Source: Octopus sinensis | Taxonomy: Eukaryota | DNA: 64,000 bases | Direction: 5' to 3' | Assembly (NCBI RefSeq): GCF_006345805.1 | Contig: NC_043001.1 | Span: 20,956,001-21,020,000, forward strand | Shown here: positions 1 to 13,520 of the stretch, piece by piece | How the letters are laid out: every line of letters starts with the position of its first letter | How positions within the stretch are numbered: the stretch's first letter is position 1 | Program-made: the position numbers and the translations under genes | The notes under the pieces: model-generated | The model's database searches: none | What the model saw: the letters and a program-made list of their open reading frames with translations, nothing else | What the model was told of the DNA's origin: nothing

Positions 1-629
1 GTTGTTTTGCCACAGGTCAACCCTGATAGAGCAGACTCATGACCATCCCTTCTTTTTTTTTTAGGGGTATTGTCTGGGACTACATTATATGTGTCCATTT
101 CTTATTTAAGATAATAAGAGTGGAATTTGAGGGATATTAAGCTGCTATTTCTACAGTTTGAGTGACCATTTCAAATCTCTCTCTCTCTTGATCATGGGAA
201 AAACCAGACTATCAGATGTTGTTATACATCGCTTGTCACAGTGCGCTTTGCATTGTTTCAGCCTTTGAATGATGTCATTCTACTGGCTAAGGTGAGCAGG
301 CTAGTCAGAAGGTTTAGCCTTCCTGATCAGAAGGCTAATCCACCACACTGGACTGGAGCAACATGAAATGAAGTGCATTGCTCAAGAACACAATGTGCTG
401 CTTGCTAGGTCCAGCAATCAAACCCATGATCTAGCAATCACGAATGCAACACTCTGGCCACTAGGCCATGTGCCTTCACACACACACACACACACACACA
501 CAGGGATGCAGTCATACTTTAATGACAATAAAACTGAAATGAATCGAAACAATCTAGTTAAAAAAATTCTTGGTTCTGGTTTCTTTAAAATTCTTATAGA
601 ACTTTTATTCTTTCAAAATATTTCGAAAA

Positions 630-730
630 TTATATTTAAAAAATATTACGAAACTGTTAATTATATTTAAAAAATATTACGAAACTGTTAATTATATTTA
701 AAAAATATTACGAAACTGTTAATTATATTT
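630..730. repeat. 31-bp AT-rich unit in 3 tandem copies
   Basis: ttatatttaaaaaatattacgaaactgttaa repeated three times head to tail. Confidence 0.9.
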
Positions 731-889
731 TTTAAATAAGGATTTGATTAATAATGAATATTTTCTCCTAAAACTAGTTAGCTTTGACAAGAAGATGATA
801 TAATGCTTAAGTTATAATAATTTCTATTTTCACCTGTTTTACCAGGCATTAAAAGTTGGAAGAAGTTGAATGTTGCTTATAAGAAATGA

Positions 890-967
890 TACTTTATATA
901 TATATATATATGTCTACATATATATGATATATGAGTATATATATGTGTGCATATATGTATGTATGTG

Positions 968-1025
<58 letters not shown>

Positions 1026-1050
1026 AATATATATATACATACAGACATAT
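890..1050. repeat. (TA)n/(TATG)n microsatellite
   Basis: Direct inspection; source of the YIYI ORFs. Confidence 0.95.
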
Positions 1051-1924
1051 ATGTTTTTAGTAACAAGCCTATGCAATGTGAACCATTTAACAAGGACAAT
1101 TTCACCAATATTTGTATTTTGAAATGCTACTCAACAAAAGATCCCTGAATTCGGAATTGAACTGGGACAGCCCTGCCAAACATGGAGCAAATTGAATTGA
1201 GAGGGTTTGTTTTCTACTTAACCACTCAATGCTTGTTACCTGAAAAATAGTTAGAAAATCTTTTAACTAACTGAACATTGTCTATATTATAAGACTTTAT
1301 GAATGAAGTTTAATAATATAGAATTTATTAAGTGTGATGTATACATATATACATATACATATACATAAATATATAATATATATCTATATATATATCATCA
1401 CTATTATTTTCATCACCATATATATTCCATTTGCTGAATATAATGTTGTTGCTTTTATTCCTAATAAAACCAACTCACAACTTCCTTAACTTTTAATTAC
1501 CATCTTCTTCTATTACCTAATGTCAGGTATGATGATGTTCCATTATTAATAGAATTTTCATGACATGGTCCTTTCATTATGTCTTTCAAAGCTAATAATA
1601 CCTGGGGTCGCTATTCCTTACAGAAAATCTGTGGCTGTCGAGGGTTTGCGTGCCCTCATCTGCCCTTAAAGTAAACAACTGCACTAAGAAGATTTGTTTG
1701 AAATTTTCAGATTGACTGAAGAAGCCTAGGAGATACCAGTATCAGTAGCTGATTAAACTTGACCCCAGTTCTGGACTGGAAGGTGTAAAAGCAAAGTTGA
1801 GTTGGTGAGGATTGAAATCATGGCATCAGAGCCAGAATTAAATAATGCAATGTATTTTGACCAATAACCTAGCAATTTTGCCTCTCTTTTAACTAGCAAA
1901 AATATTTAATACATACACATCCCT

Positions 1925-1980
1925 GTGTGTGTATATATATACGTGTATATATATATGTATATATATATATACATACATAC

Positions 1981-2023
<43 letters not shown>

Positions 2024-2090
2024 ATATATATAGTATATATATATATGTATGTATGTACATGTACACACACACACAAACATTCATACACAC
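1925..2090. repeat. (TA)n/(CA)n microsatellite
   Basis: Direct inspection. Confidence 0.95.
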
Positions 2091-2955
2091 ACAATATGGT
2101 TGTCTCGATATTTTGTCCCTCCAAGAATCCATAAAAGCACCAATTTATTTTTTAGTTATAATGCAATTAGAAATAAGACACACAAAACTATTAATTTCTC
2201 TTGGATGTTGTGATGAGAACAGTGCAGCCCATGACTATGGTTTGAGTCAGTAGATTATTAATCATAATTGTATATGAATTACAGATACATGAGTATCTGC
2301 AACAACAGGCACACTACAACAAGCTTACATTCATTCAAAGCACACAAACCCTCAACACAGATATTCTTATGGAAATGAACACTTACATAATAGATTCATT
2401 ATGCACTTTTTGTCCTCTTCATATGACCATACACACACACACACATACGCACTCACTCTCGCTCTTTCTTTCTTTCTTTCTTTCTTTCTTTCACAGACAC
2501 ACACATGAGAAGTAATTTCAGGAAAAAATTCTCTAAAATGAAACATGTGACTAGTTTTAGGTTTGTCTTCCGAGGATCACACCTCTGTAAAAAGGAGGAG
2601 ACAGTGTGTGTATACCATGAATATATTTAGGTTTGAGTAACTTTAAAAAAAAAACCCTCTCTTTAAAAAAAAAAAATACAAAACAAAACTGTTAGATTTT
2701 CCTCTTATTAAATATTTTCTCCTCCTTTTGATTTTGTTTTCCACCTTTTGTTTTCTTTCATATTCCAAAAGAAAGAATAATAAACTGTCTTTTCCTTCAA
2801 GATGAAATATTTTATACTTTCAACCAACAGCCTTATTTTAGAAATATTTTGCTTTGGTGCCAGTGAGTAGAGAGAATGCAAGATGTTGTTGGTATATAAC
2901 AAGCTACTATTGTTCAAAGGTTTCATAAAAAAAAAAAAAAAAGAGTGTTCTTGTA

Positions 2956-3267
2956 TTAATAACCCATTGATGCTATATCTGCCAGAATTTCTGGGTCTCT
3001 GTGCAGTTCTTCAATCTCTTCTGGATGAACATGTCTGTGTTCTGAGCGTAACGACCGACCTGAACGATTGGACTTGTTACTACTTTTACTAGATTGCGTA
3101 CTGTTAGAACTGTTAGTATGCTGCAAATTTCGATAACTTGATTGGTTGCCGTGACTCCTGAGCCATGCATGAGCTATCGCTTGGCTTGAGGTCATTCTTT
3201 CCTTTGGTTCTAACACAAGTAGTCTATCAATGAAATCTTTGGCCATATTTGAGACGTGCTTCCATAA
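2956..3267 (-). CDS. PSKH1: Terminal coding exon of a PSKH1-like (CAMK group) serine/threonine kinase, 103 aa plus stop
   Basis: Translation LWKHVSNMAKDFIDRLLVLEPKERMTSSQAIAHAWL...RNLQH...QSSKSSNKSNRS matches, from memory, the end of the kinase domain and Ser/Arg-rich tail of PSKH1 (human PWPSVSNLAKDFIDRLL...HPW...KNLHRS...QSTKSAQSTRSSRS). A polypyrimidine tract plus CAG acceptor (minus strand ttttttcctctcttttcag) sits directly before 3267, in frame with the track ORF 2956..3246. Confidence 0.85.
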   Translation of the reverse strand, partial: LWKHVSNMAKDFIDRLLVLEPKERMTSSQAIAHAWLRSHGNQSSYRNLQHTNSSNSTQSSKSSNKSNRSGRSLRSEHRHVHPEEIEELHRDPEILADIASMGY

Positions 3268-3478
3268 CTGAAAAGAGAGGAAAAAAAAATTAATTAATAA
3301 AATTAAAAAATATATAAATTAATTAAATAAAATGAAATAAGCATAAAACATTATCTGGTTAGGTAAACTGGTTAGAAAAAATAAATGTTACACAGGAAAT
3401 AACACAAATAATTCCTCAAAAGACAAGTAAAACTTTTGAGTGAAATATGCATTTTTTAAAAACTAGAAGCCTTTAATT

Positions 3479-3839
3479 CAGAGATGGGCAACTTTTCGTC
3501 AACTGGGGGCCTTGTCGTACCATTTCCAAGTGGGAGAGGGTCGCATGATAAAACATATGCATGAAGTATTACTTGCCCACTTTACACTGAATTTTTTTGC
3601 AGTTCTTCTTAATTTTATAAAATATAGTTTAAAATAGTGAGGTAAAAAAAAAAAAAAAGAAAGAAAATTCATTATCTGTATCAATGAGATTTTTGCACCT
3701 TCACATGCTTTACCATATCTTCAATATTAGGTAGAATTTGAGATGTCATTATTCTTAGATTATGCTGCAAATTTGTAACCTAAAAACTCACTGAGGGCCA
3801 CACAACAACATGTCGAGGGCCGCAGGTTGCCCATGCATG
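3479..3839. mobile_element. hAT-type MITE
   Basis: TIRs cagagatgggcaac / gttgcccatgcatg; 8-bp TSD ctttaatt / ctttaact (nnnTAnnn pattern). Confidence 0.75.
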
Positions 3840-4154
3840 CTTTAACTAATTATTATCCTAGCATAATTATACTATTAATGAAGACAATCATGTCATATCA
3901 ATATGTGTAATAAGATGAACAACAAAACCATCATAAACCATGAACCCTTTTGACAAGTTGGACATTATGAGAATGAAGGGCAACTTCAGAATAACAAGAC
4001 CCTACGATATTAAAGATTCAGAGACAACAAGCATATCAAATATATATCTCCACCATCAGCTGCTTAATGGATATTACATGGATGTCACTATAGTTTCAAC
4101 ACCTGAGCAGTACCACTCAAACCAACAGTAACACTTAGCAGACAGAAACTGTAA

Positions 4155-4353
4155 GGCGAAATGCTTAATGGTATTTCGTCTGCCACTACGTTCTGAGTTC
4201 AAATTCTGCCGAGGTCAACTTTGTCTTTGATCCTTTCGGAGTCGATTAAATAAGTACCAGTTACACACTGGGGTCGATATAATTGACTTAATCCATTTGT
4301 CTGTTCTTGTTTGTCCCCTCTGTGTTTAGCTCCTTGTGGGCAATAAAGAAATA
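4155..4353 (+). mobile_element. SINE family B, 5'-truncated
   Basis: Shares gagttcaaatt B-box-like motif, gcctttcatcctttcggggtcgataaa core and ccttgtgggcaataaagaaata tail with the other copies in the window. Confidence 0.8.
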
Positions 4354-5092
4354 AGAAACTGTATGGAAGCCCCGCATGTGTGTGTGCACATGCGCATGCA
4401 TGTCTTTGTGTCTCTCACACCACCACTACTTGACAACCGGTGCTGGTTTGTTTACATCTTCATGACTTAGCTTGAGAACCCAGCTGCAAAGTGTAATGGT
4501 GGTTGCTTTTGATAGGACCCTATGGAAGATGGTGCCTGATGACTCTACTCCAACTCCTTCCCAGGAATAGTGAACAGAGGAGATGGATGAAAGGAAACAG
4601 AAATAAATTGAGAATGATCTAACAGTTGCAGCAAGTGTAAAATATAATGTTTACTGATAAATTAAATTATTAGACAAATTATCTTGTAGTTTTATAGGAA
4701 AATTGACAAAATAAAAAATAATAATGCATTCAACAAAATTAGAAGAAATAGAAGAACATTTATTCTATTTCAGGACTAAGTACAAAACAGAGAAATAGGT
4801 TTGGTAATAGTTATAATAACAAGTGAAAAGGAGAAAATTAAAGGTTATAATTAATTTGATAATAGAGTAGATCACCACCACAATTATCATCATTATTTTA
4901 CATAGATCTTTTCCATAGTGATGGGAAAGGTTTGTTCCATCACACTGTCTCATCATTTGCTATGCCTTCATGAAAAGCATTAACCACATAACAAGAAGTA
5001 CTTTATATCAAACATGCAACTCATGTTGTTAACCATCTGAAAATGCCACTACTCAGTAAAGTAAGCTTCTTTAATGAAAAGCATTAACCAAA

Positions 5093-5503
5093 CAGGAGTG
5101 GCTGTGTGGTAAGTAGCTTGCTAACCAACCACATGGTTCTGGGTTCAGTCCCACTGCATGGCATCTTGGGCAAGTGTCTTCTACTATAGCCTCGGGCCGA
5201 CCAAAACCTTGTGAGTGGATTTGGTAGACGGAAACTGAAAGAAGCCCGTCGTATATATGTATATGTGTGTGTGTGTATGTGTGTGTGTCTGTGTTTTTCC
5301 CCCTAGCATTGCTTGACAACCGAGGCTGGTGTGTTTACGTCCCCGTCACTTAGCAGTTCGGCAAAAGAGACCGATAGAATAAGTACTGGGCTTACAAAGA
5401 ATAAGTCCCGGGGTCGATTTGCTCGACTAAAGGCGGTGCTCCAGCATGGCCACAGTCAAATGACTGAAACAAGTAAAAGAGTAAAAAGAGTAAAGAGAGA
5501 GAG
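5093..5503 (+). mobile_element. SINE family A (tRNA-derived), full length
   Basis: Head ggagtggctgtgtggtaag...gggttcagtccc (A/B-box-like), body ttgggcaagtgtcttc, internal (TA/TG)n, tail tgactgaaacaagtaaaagagtaaa; many copies in the window. Confidence 0.85.
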
Positions 5504-5898
5504 TTTCTAGTACATTCCTTAAAGCAGTATAATGTCTTATGGTTGAAGTTCTTTAATATTGAAAGGCCTCGACCAGATTCTCAACCCTTTTTGTTCCACA
5601 CTCTGATAAAACTTCCACTGCTATCACACAAACCTTGACCAGAAAGTGCCTATAATAAAATCTATCTATGTGGTCACTCACCCTGTGAGAAATAACAGTC
5701 AAAGTTCCCTCAGACCACACTCTACCATCTTTTGAATAATGTAGTTTGGAGTATACTACGCATGAACAAAAAAAGTCATAGCTGGAAAGCTTTTTCCTAT
5801 ATGTCTGCTCTATCAGGGCTGACCCAGGGTGGCTAGACAACACCCTTGACCACAATTTTCCATCTACAATGACCACTTCACATCTTTATCAGATTTAA

Positions 5899-6119
5899 CC
5901 CTTTCGTTACTATATTTATTTTGAGATCCTTTGTGTTTCTTTCAATTACTTTAAATATAACAAAGAATTTAGTAAAATAACTTAGTTATCATTCAGCTTG
6001 TGTTAGGAACATAAATTGTGACTAAATTTTGGTGGAAGATTTTAATTCCAAACTTGTGGAAACAAGACATTTGTACAACAGAACCAGAGCCAGTTTCAGC
6101 CGGGTTGGTAACAAAAGGG
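5899..6119. mobile_element. piggyBac-type MITE
   Basis: TTAA on both sides; TIRs ccctttcgttac / gtaacaaaaggg; second copy in opposite orientation at 15302-15746. Confidence 0.8.
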
Positions 6120-6649
6120 TTAATGTATCAGCAAAGGCTTGAAGAACTTAAGCTATAATTCCAATTACATTCACATGTTAACAGAATATGCTGCCAAAAC
6201 CTGTAGACTTGCCATATCCCAGCAATGTGTTATTGCTTCTAGGGCCTCCATAGCTTGAGGTTGGCAGACAGACATAGGGGGTACATCATATACCAATATC
6301 AATAAGAAATGGAACCTATCTGGCCCAACCTTTCACAAACGTCTTGTAGTAATTTCTCCCCCCATCCCATTCTATTATTTATTTATCCACCCCCTATTCA
6401 GTGGAGATGGACACTGACTTCCAAGACCAACAGCTTTTGTAAATCACCTTTTCTCCACAATGAACATGATTTTGTTTTCAGTTGAAGAGATAAAGCTAGT
6501 TTTATAATTATGATAGGATATCTCTTTATTCTTCAGTCAAACCAACCCAACAGTGTTTCTGGCTTTTTACAACAATGGTTTCCATAATCTAAGCAGGTCT
6601 CTTATACCATTTTCTCTCAGTTCCAAAACTTTGGCTGAACTGCCTTGGA

Positions 6650-6653
6650 TGAT

Positions 6654-6684
<31 letters not shown>

Positions 6685-8809
6685 GGAGATAGAGAGGAGG
6701 GAGGGAGAGGGGGGAAGAGTAAAAGAGGAAAGCAAAAGAATGAAAGAACAGAGAGAAAAGGTGAAACATATGTTTATTTATTCACATCAAAACCAGTTTC
6801 GAAAGTAAAAAGAAAAAAAACTGTTTCAAAGATGTTTACTGAATATGTGTATAGTGTGTGTGTGTAAAAAGAAAAAAAAGTTGGATAGAGATAGATAGAT
6901 AGATAGATAGATAGAAAGAGGAAAGAGAGGCAGACAAAATTTTTCTTCTCTTTTTGTTTTTAATTGTTTTATTTGGGGGAGAGGGAGAGAAAAAGAGAGA
7001 GAGAGACAGACAGACAGACAGAGAGAGATAGAGAAAAAGAAAAAGAGAGAGAGAGAGACGGGGGGGGAGGTCATGAAGCACTCATCACAGACTTTACAGG
7101 ATGTATGATGAATAATAACTGCCATGTTTGCTTAAACTAACAGAAGAAGAAGAGGAGAAGAAAAAAAGACATCTGTGTAATAATAACAGTCACTATTGTA
7201 TTCAGGATAAAAAACTAGCTTTGTCTTCTTCACTCAGTTCTATAATAGCTAGTTGAGTATGTTGGCTTATATTGCCAGTTGGCACTAAATATATAATCAT
7301 ATTTCAGTATAAGCTACAAATTATAAGAAAGGCATTTGTTAGTAGTTTTTGGAACTCGAAAAGTATAAACTACTCTCTTCAATGTTGCCAGGTTCTTCTA
7401 TCTGTGGATTCATGGCTTTAGTTTTACGAGATAAACAAATGACTGTTAAAACTTTAAAAAAATTTTAAGCGGTGGTGCCCCAGCATGGCCGCGGCCTTCG
7501 GGGCTAAAACATTTTTAAGGATTTAAGGAATGATTAATGAATTCCCACCCACAAACCCTATTTCATAAGAAATGTTCATTTAGGTTTTTACATTGTACTA
7601 AGGGGTGAGGAGGGTTTTTTTTTCCTTTTCTACTTCACACACTGGGCCCGTTTGAAGAAAGACCAGAAATAAAGAATTGTTCAAAGAATCCATATCATTG
7701 AGAAGAAGGAAGGATTGCTCTTCTTAAGACTAACCAATTCTTCATTTCTTCAATGTTAAAACTGGTATACCTGCTGTGTCTTGTGATAGATAATCTGTGG
7801 GTCAGGCTGAGTGAGACAAGAGAAATAATAATAGGAACCACAGAGAAAGTGACAAAATTGTGTGTGTGTGTGTGTGTGTGTGTGTGAGTGAATGTATGAG
7901 AATGTATGAGTGCACGTGCACCGACACAAATGTGTGAGTATATGTGCAGACAAGCGCAATACAAAGTTGAAGAGTAAAAACATTATGAAAATTATTTACA
8001 GATTAGAAGAGAAGAAGAAATACAGAAATGAATTAGGGTGGAAGGGAGAGACCTGTGTATTTATTGTATGCGCCTCTGTCTGTGTGTGTGTGTGTGTGTG
8101 TGGTGTGTAAAAGGGTCTGAAATGTAACAGAGTGCTTAGTTGAAGACAAATAAGCAGAGAAAAAGTAGATAAGGAGTTTGAGAGAGAGAAAGAGAGGGAT
8201 AGGGGGGACGGAGGGGGGATGGGGTGAGATGGGGGATAGGTAAGAAGAAGAGGATACAGAATAAAATGGATGGCAAAGAGATTTAAAAATTGGATAAGAG
8301 ACAAACAACAAACAGTTGAATAGCTGGAGGGAATATGGGCGGAATGGACTTGAAGCCAAGAAAAAGACAGAGTGGGAATTTTTTTGAGAGGAAGAAAATA
8401 TAGAGGTTAAATGAAAGCAGTAGTAGTGGTGGTGGTGGTCGTGGTGGTGGTGGTGGTGGTGGTGGTAGTGGTGGTGGTGGTGGTGGTAGCAAAAGTTGCT
8501 GGAGAAGATAACAACAGCTATGATGGGGAGGTGGGGCAGAGAGAGAGAGAGACAGTAGTACCAGCAGCAGCAGCATGGGCAGCAGTAGCAGCAGAGTGGT
8601 TGAAAGTCTTCTGGAGACAAGCATTTAACAACTCAACAAAAATAGTTAGACTTTTTTTTTTTGATGAGATCAGGGAAGAGGAAGGGAAAACAAAGAAGAA
8701 AAACTGTATAAACTAAAAGTATTTGGAGTAAAATTAGACAGGAAATGTTAGGAAGGAGATGTATAGAGAGAGAGCCATGGTAGGTGGAGCCAGGAAAAAA
8801 AGTGTGGTG

Positions 8810-8851
<42 letters not shown>

Positions 8852-8920
8852 TGTGTGTGGGTGGGTGTGTGTGGATGAGGATGAAGGGTGGTGGTGGTGG
8901 TAGCGATGGGGGGTGGGGCG
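6650..8920. repeat. Simple-repeat-rich region: (CA)n, (GATA)n, (GA)n, (GT)n, (GGT)n
   Basis: Direct inspection; source of the poly-V/H/P ORFs at 8033-8993. Confidence 0.85.
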
Positions 8921-9203
8921 CGGGGTGGGATTCTTGGTACCAACAGTTAGTAGATATGGTGAATGCAATATGGAGGTCAGCTTTTTCAGTCACTGCTAGA
9001 GAAGATAATATTATTCTGCCAAAAGAGATGGAAGCTTAGCAGTGACAGAGGAAGAGGAGACTAGTAGTGACATGGATACATTTTCCTCAAAACAACACCA
9101 GCTATTATCAAAGTTTATAGCTGAAAAAGAAGGTCATTTGGAGTAAGATGACAAATAGCAAAAACTATTACAGAAAAAGATAAATAGCAGAGCTAACGGT
9201 TCT

Positions 9204-10640
9204 TGTTTTACATGTCTTTACATTAAATTGTCTTTTCCTATATCTCACTAGTATAAGAGCCTTTATGAACAAGATTTATTTTGCATATATATATGTAACT
9301 TAATAACTTTGGCCAGTATAGGCCCAGGCCATATCTAACTTAATAGCACCACCTGGTGAAGTCTTTTTAGATTAAATATGGGACACCATGGCCCATTCTA
9401 ACAAAGAGTTATTATTGTTGGAAGCATATGCGGGTGTTGGAGGAAGGTCTGGGATTTTTTGGGACTTTTGGGAGAAATTTGTCCAGAGAACTTTTGAATT
9501 TTTACATGTCTTTACATTAAATTGTCTTTTCCTATATCTCACTTGTATAAGAGCATTTATGAACAAGATTTAATTTGCATATATATATGTAACTTAATAA
9601 CTTAGATAGGTTTTGGCCAGTATAGGCCCAGGCTATGTCTAACTTAATAGCACCACCTGGTGAAGCCTTTTTAGATTATATATGGGACACCATGGCCCAC
9701 TCTAACAAAGAGTTATTATTGTTGGAGGTTTATGCAGGAGTAGGAGGAAGGTCTGGGATTTGGGGGGATTTTCTGGAGAAATTTGTCCAGAGACCTTTCG
9801 AATTTTTACATCTTTACGTTAAATTGTCTTTTCTTATAACTCACTCGTATAAAAGCGTTTATGAACAAGATTTATTTTGCATATATATATTTCTTTACTA
9901 CCCACAAGGGGCTAAACACAGAGGGGACAAACAAGGACAGACAAAGGGATTAAGTCGATTACATCGACCCCAGTGCGTAACTGGTACTTAATTTATCGAC
10001 CCCGAAAGGATGAAAGGCAAAGTCGACCTCGGCGGAATTTGAACTCGGAACATAACGACAGACGAAATACGGCTACGAATTTCGTCCGGCGTGCTAACGT
10101 TTCTACCAGCTCGCCGCCTAAAATATATTTTGCATATATATGTAACTTAATAACTTAGGTTTTGGCCAGTATAGGCCCAGGCCATATCTAACTTAATAGC
10201 ACCACCTGGTGAAGTCTTTTTAGATTATATATAGGACACTATGGCCCATTCTAACAAAGAGTTATTATTATTGGAGGTTTATGCAGGAGTAGGAGGAAGG
10301 TCTGGGATTTTTTGGGAGAAATCTATCCAGAGAACTTTTGAATTTTATGGGTTCTGTTTCCGTTTTGATGTATTTTGGTATGGACCAGTTGAGATAAAGT
10401 AATTGTGTCGTAATGTTATGAGTCTTGAGTTCGATTTTTGTAGTGGGCGGATAGCATGGGGGGGGGGAGTCTTGAATGGATTTTAAAATTGATGCCAACA
10501 TCATTTGTGCAATACTGATGGAATATTTTTCAGTGCTCACAGCAGCATTGGAGAGAGTAGAGATTGGAGTTTTTCTTAGGCCCCAGTAGTCAATGCCTAT
10601 CATGCCATCTATCTTTCTTGTTATTGGGCCTCTGGAGTGC
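9204..10640 (-). mobile_element. CR1/L2-type LINE 3' end with its terminal ~295 bp present three times in tandem
   Basis: Minus-strand peptide IPKYIKTETEPIKFKSSLDRF...KIPDLPPTPAYASNNNNSLLEW resembles LINE ORF2 C-termini. Units start at ~9204, ~9499 and ~9801. Confidence 0.7.
9889..10119 (-). mobile_element. SINE family B, full length, inserted in the LINE 3' UTR
   Basis: Reverse complement of the family B consensus; flanking duplication attttgcatatata. Confidence 0.85.
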
Positions 10641-10971
10641 TTCCGCTATAGAAAGTGACATTTGTCCAAGATACCACACAGTGGAAATGAATATGGTACC
10701 CTGTGGTTGTGAGACGAACAGCTTAACCACTTGACCTTACTGCATGCACATGTAAGAAGTTGCTTCCCCTTTTAGTCTCACTGCATAGCACCTTGGGCAA
10801 GCGTCTTTTACTACACAAGATTTCCCTTTAGAGGAAGACACATGCCACAAAGTACCACCCCATAAGACTGAACTTGAAACCAGGAGGTTGGACAATGAAC
10901 TCCTAAACCACAAGCTAAGCCTGCATCTATACATACAGACATACTCATTCAATCTTTCTACATTATTTGTT

Positions 10972-11384
10972 TACTCTTTTTACTCTTTTACTTGTTTCAG
11001 TCATTTGACTGCGGCCATGCTGGAGCACCGCCTTTAATCGAGCAACTCGACCCCGGGACTTATTCTTTTGTAAGCCCAGTACTTATTCTATTGGTCTCTT
11101 TTGCCGAACCGCTAAGTAACGGGGACATAAACACACCAGCATCGGTTGTCAAGCAATGCTAGGGGGACAAGCACAGACACACACAAACATATACACACAC
11201 ATGTATATATATATATATATATACGATGGGCTTCTTTCAGTTTCCGTCTACCAAATCCACTCACAAGGCTTTGGTCAGCCCGAGGCTATAGCAGAAGACA
11301 CTTGCCCAAGATGCCACGCAGTGGGACTGAACCCGGAACCATGTGGTTGGTTAGCAAGCTACTTACCACACAGCCACTCCTGCG
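10972..11384 (-). mobile_element. SINE family A, full length
   Basis: Reverse complement of 5093-5503. Confidence 0.85.
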
Positions 11385-11814
11385 CCTTGTTTGTTTCTTT
11401 CTTTCTTTTATTTTTTTGGGGAGTTGGTGGAGGTGGGGGTCTTCCTGCGCATTGTACCTTCCACACTTAACATACCATCTTTCCAGCCAATCTTATTCTC
11501 CATAACCACATGTCTATTTTATTGCCAAAACTATCTGCAAAAGCCTAAAATTCCAGTTTAGGGGTTAAACTCCTATTCAACCTTGATTAGTTGCTGTTCT
11601 TGTACGAAATACAAAATAAGTCCCACACTGTTCTGCTTCTCAAACATTTGGAACAGTGCGGCTGCTTGCTACACATCCCGACATTAGGGACCAAATCCAA
11701 AAGAAGTCATTCACTAATCGGGTAAAATTCACGAACATGCTGTCACCACAAGAACATCTCTACATTGTCCTGGACTTGTTAAAAAATAGCAACTAAATTC
11801 CTTTAAATTCTTAT

Positions 11815-12253
11815 CAATGAAATGCTTAGCGGTATTTCATCTGCCGTTAAAGGCGGCGAGCTCGCAGAAACGTTAGCGTGCCGGGCGAAATGCATAGCCG
11901 TATTTCGTCTGCCGTTACGTTGTGAGTTCAAATTCCGCCGAGGTCGACTTTGCCTTTTATCCTTTCGGGGTCGATAAATAAAGTACCAGTTACTCACTGG
12001 GGTCGATATCATCAACTTAATCCGTTTGTCTGTCCTTGTTTGTCCCGTCTGTGTTTAGCCCCTTGTGGGTAGTAAAGAAATAGGTATTTCATCTGCCATT
12101 ACGTTCTGAGTTCAAATTTCACCGAAGTCGACTTTGCCTTTCATCCTTTTGGGGTTGATTAAATAAGTACTGTTTATGCACTGGAGTCGATATAATCGAC
12201 TTAATCCGTTTGTCTGTTCTTGTTTGTCCCCTCTGTGGGCAGTTAAGAAATAA
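11815..12253 (+). mobile_element. SINE family B (11850-12082) nested in an older family B copy
   Basis: Duplication ggtatttcatctgcc(g/a)tta at 11831 and 12083 flanks the inner copy. Confidence 0.8.
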
Positions 12254-13355
12254 GAAACTGTTGCATGTATGTGTGTGTGTGTGAATGTTTCTCTGTGTAT
12301 CGTTGTTTTGATGCCACATGATAGCTGTAAATGAGTATCACTGTCTTACAAACAGTGTTGTTAATTTCCAATATTCCGCAAAAACATGTCCTGGCCACGG
12401 GAAAATATTACATTATTTAAAAACAGGAAAGAGTTGGCAAAAGGAAGAGCATCTGGCCGTAGAAAATCTGTCTCAATAAATTCCATCTGACATTAAAAAA
12501 TGGACACTAAAATGGTGATGATGATGATGATGGTATATTAGGGCAGTGAAATAGCAGAAGCATGAAAACCTCAGTTTAAATGCCTTGCTGTATTTAATTA
12601 CAAAGTGTAAAAGTCCCGCTGCAATTTGAACTACAATATATTGCAATCTGCACTACATCCATAGACCACCTAACCAGCAACAAAAATGCCACTATATGGC
12701 CACTCAACTTGCTAGAAATAACAGCCAAATCTCCCTCAAAACACTGCTGTCTTGAAAAAGGATATGTAGAACAATGACACCAAAGATATGCTTTTGGGTG
12801 TAGATCTGTCCAATCAGAGTTAACCAGGGTTAAATAATAATAATAACAACAACAACAATCTACACAGCAAAGTAAAATACTTAAATCAAAAGAGTAATTA
12901 TAAATGTGAGGAGATCAGTTAATGGCAACAAACTGCTCCTAACCATATAGCCGTTCCCATCCCTCTCCCTCCCAACAGCTCCATGATAAACCAACTACAA
13001 GTGCCTTGAACGCTCTTGAACACCTCCGCAAGAAAACTTTAAATGGAACATGACTTGTTGTTGCTGATGATAAAAAACTCTACTACAGTCAATTGCACTG
13101 AAGAAAAGGTTATTTTAGTTTAGTTTTGTTGTTGAATCCAAACAATCAACATTTATTTAATGTGAACAAACTATATTTTACAGTTCAGGAGTGTTTGGGA
13201 AAACTGATAATAATCTCAGCTTCCTATGATGTTTGAACAATATAGGTAAGAATATTTGAAAATTCTAAACACCACTTTCTGTAAACAGAAAGCTTCCTCA
13301 CAAGACCAAAGTCAAAAATCACAATGATTAAGAGGTGTGTGTGTGTGTACAACCG

Positions 13356-13520
13356 CAGGAGTGGTTATGTGGTTAAGAAGCTTATTTCTCAAGCACATGG
13401 CTTTGGGTTCAGTCTTACTGAGTAGCACCAAGAGCAAGTGTCTTTTGTTCTGGCTCCAAGCAGAACAAACCCTTGTGAATGGATTTGGTAGACAGAAACT
13501 GGTGCGTGTATGTGTGTGAG
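13356..13520 (+). mobile_element. SINE family A, degenerate 5' part
   Basis: gcaggagtggttatgtggttaag...ggatttggtagacagaaactg. Confidence 0.7.

Noticed and set aside
1716-1760. CTGAAGAAG, a possible hammerhead 5' core
   Set aside because: No stem II closing into GAAA and no stem I partner.
8033-9039. Poly-Val, poly-His and poly-Pro ORFs
   Set aside because: Translations of (GGT)n, (GT)n and (GCA)n tracts; no splice or domain support.
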